6,988 bases of DNA from Octopus sinensis (Eukaryota): NCBI RefSeq assembly GCF_006345805.1, contig NW_021829226.1, positions 1 to 6,988 on the forward strand, written 5' to 3'. A model generated the notes under the pieces. It was given only the letters and a program-made list of their open reading frames with translations, made no database searches and was not told the DNA's origin. How positions within the stretch are numbered: the first letter of the stretch is position 1; each line of letters begins with the position of its first letter. The translations under genes were made by a program, and so were the position numbers. Positions 6,894 to 6,988 of this stretch are shown here, piece after piece.

Positions 6894-6988
6894 CAGGGTG
6901 TCCCCAAAAAATGTATACATACTTTAAACAATTGTAAAGTAGTTGTTTATTAAAAGACACACTCATTTTCAAAATTTAATAGAATCTA
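6894..6988. mobile_element. Left end of a probable Tc1/mariner-superfamily element that continues beyond the window
   Basis: (TA)n followed by TA|CAGGGTGTCCCCAAAAAATGTATAC, a typical ITm TIR start. The partner TIR is not visible. Confidence 0.6.

Noticed and set aside
5696-6903. GGACACCCTG (5696-5705) is the exact reverse complement of CAGGGTGTCC (6894-6903)
   Set aside because: The orientation is outward-facing, there is no TA after 5705, and the left copy is part of hairpin H4. Treated as coincidence.

Overview
Repeat-saturated eukaryotic non-coding DNA, intronic or intergenic. It is most likely from an octopus genome, an inference from the tRNA-derived SINE families and the microsatellite load. 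No intact protein-coding gene is supported: the supplied ORFs are microsatellite, SINE or off-frame translations. Contents in order: a ~1.1 kb compound microsatellite block; ~0.9 kb of unique AT-rich sequence; eight body units of one tRNA-derived SINE (one minus-strand copy, one plus-strand monomer, and two head+3-body multimers, the second flanked by a 12-bp TSD); a second, CORE-like SINE with an internal (GT)n; a 209-bp hAT MITE with an 8-bp TSD; a strongly structured segment resembling an RTE-clade LINE 5' leader; a 786-bp internally deleted DD37D (maT) transposon with a decayed transposase; and the left end of another Tc1/mariner-type element at the window edge. I found no evidence for a novel multi-gene system. 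The most interesting signals are the multimeric SINE architecture, the hairpin-packed RTE-like leader (possible self-processing RNA, unproven) and a 239-bp segment flanked by a 21-bp duplication of the SINE head.
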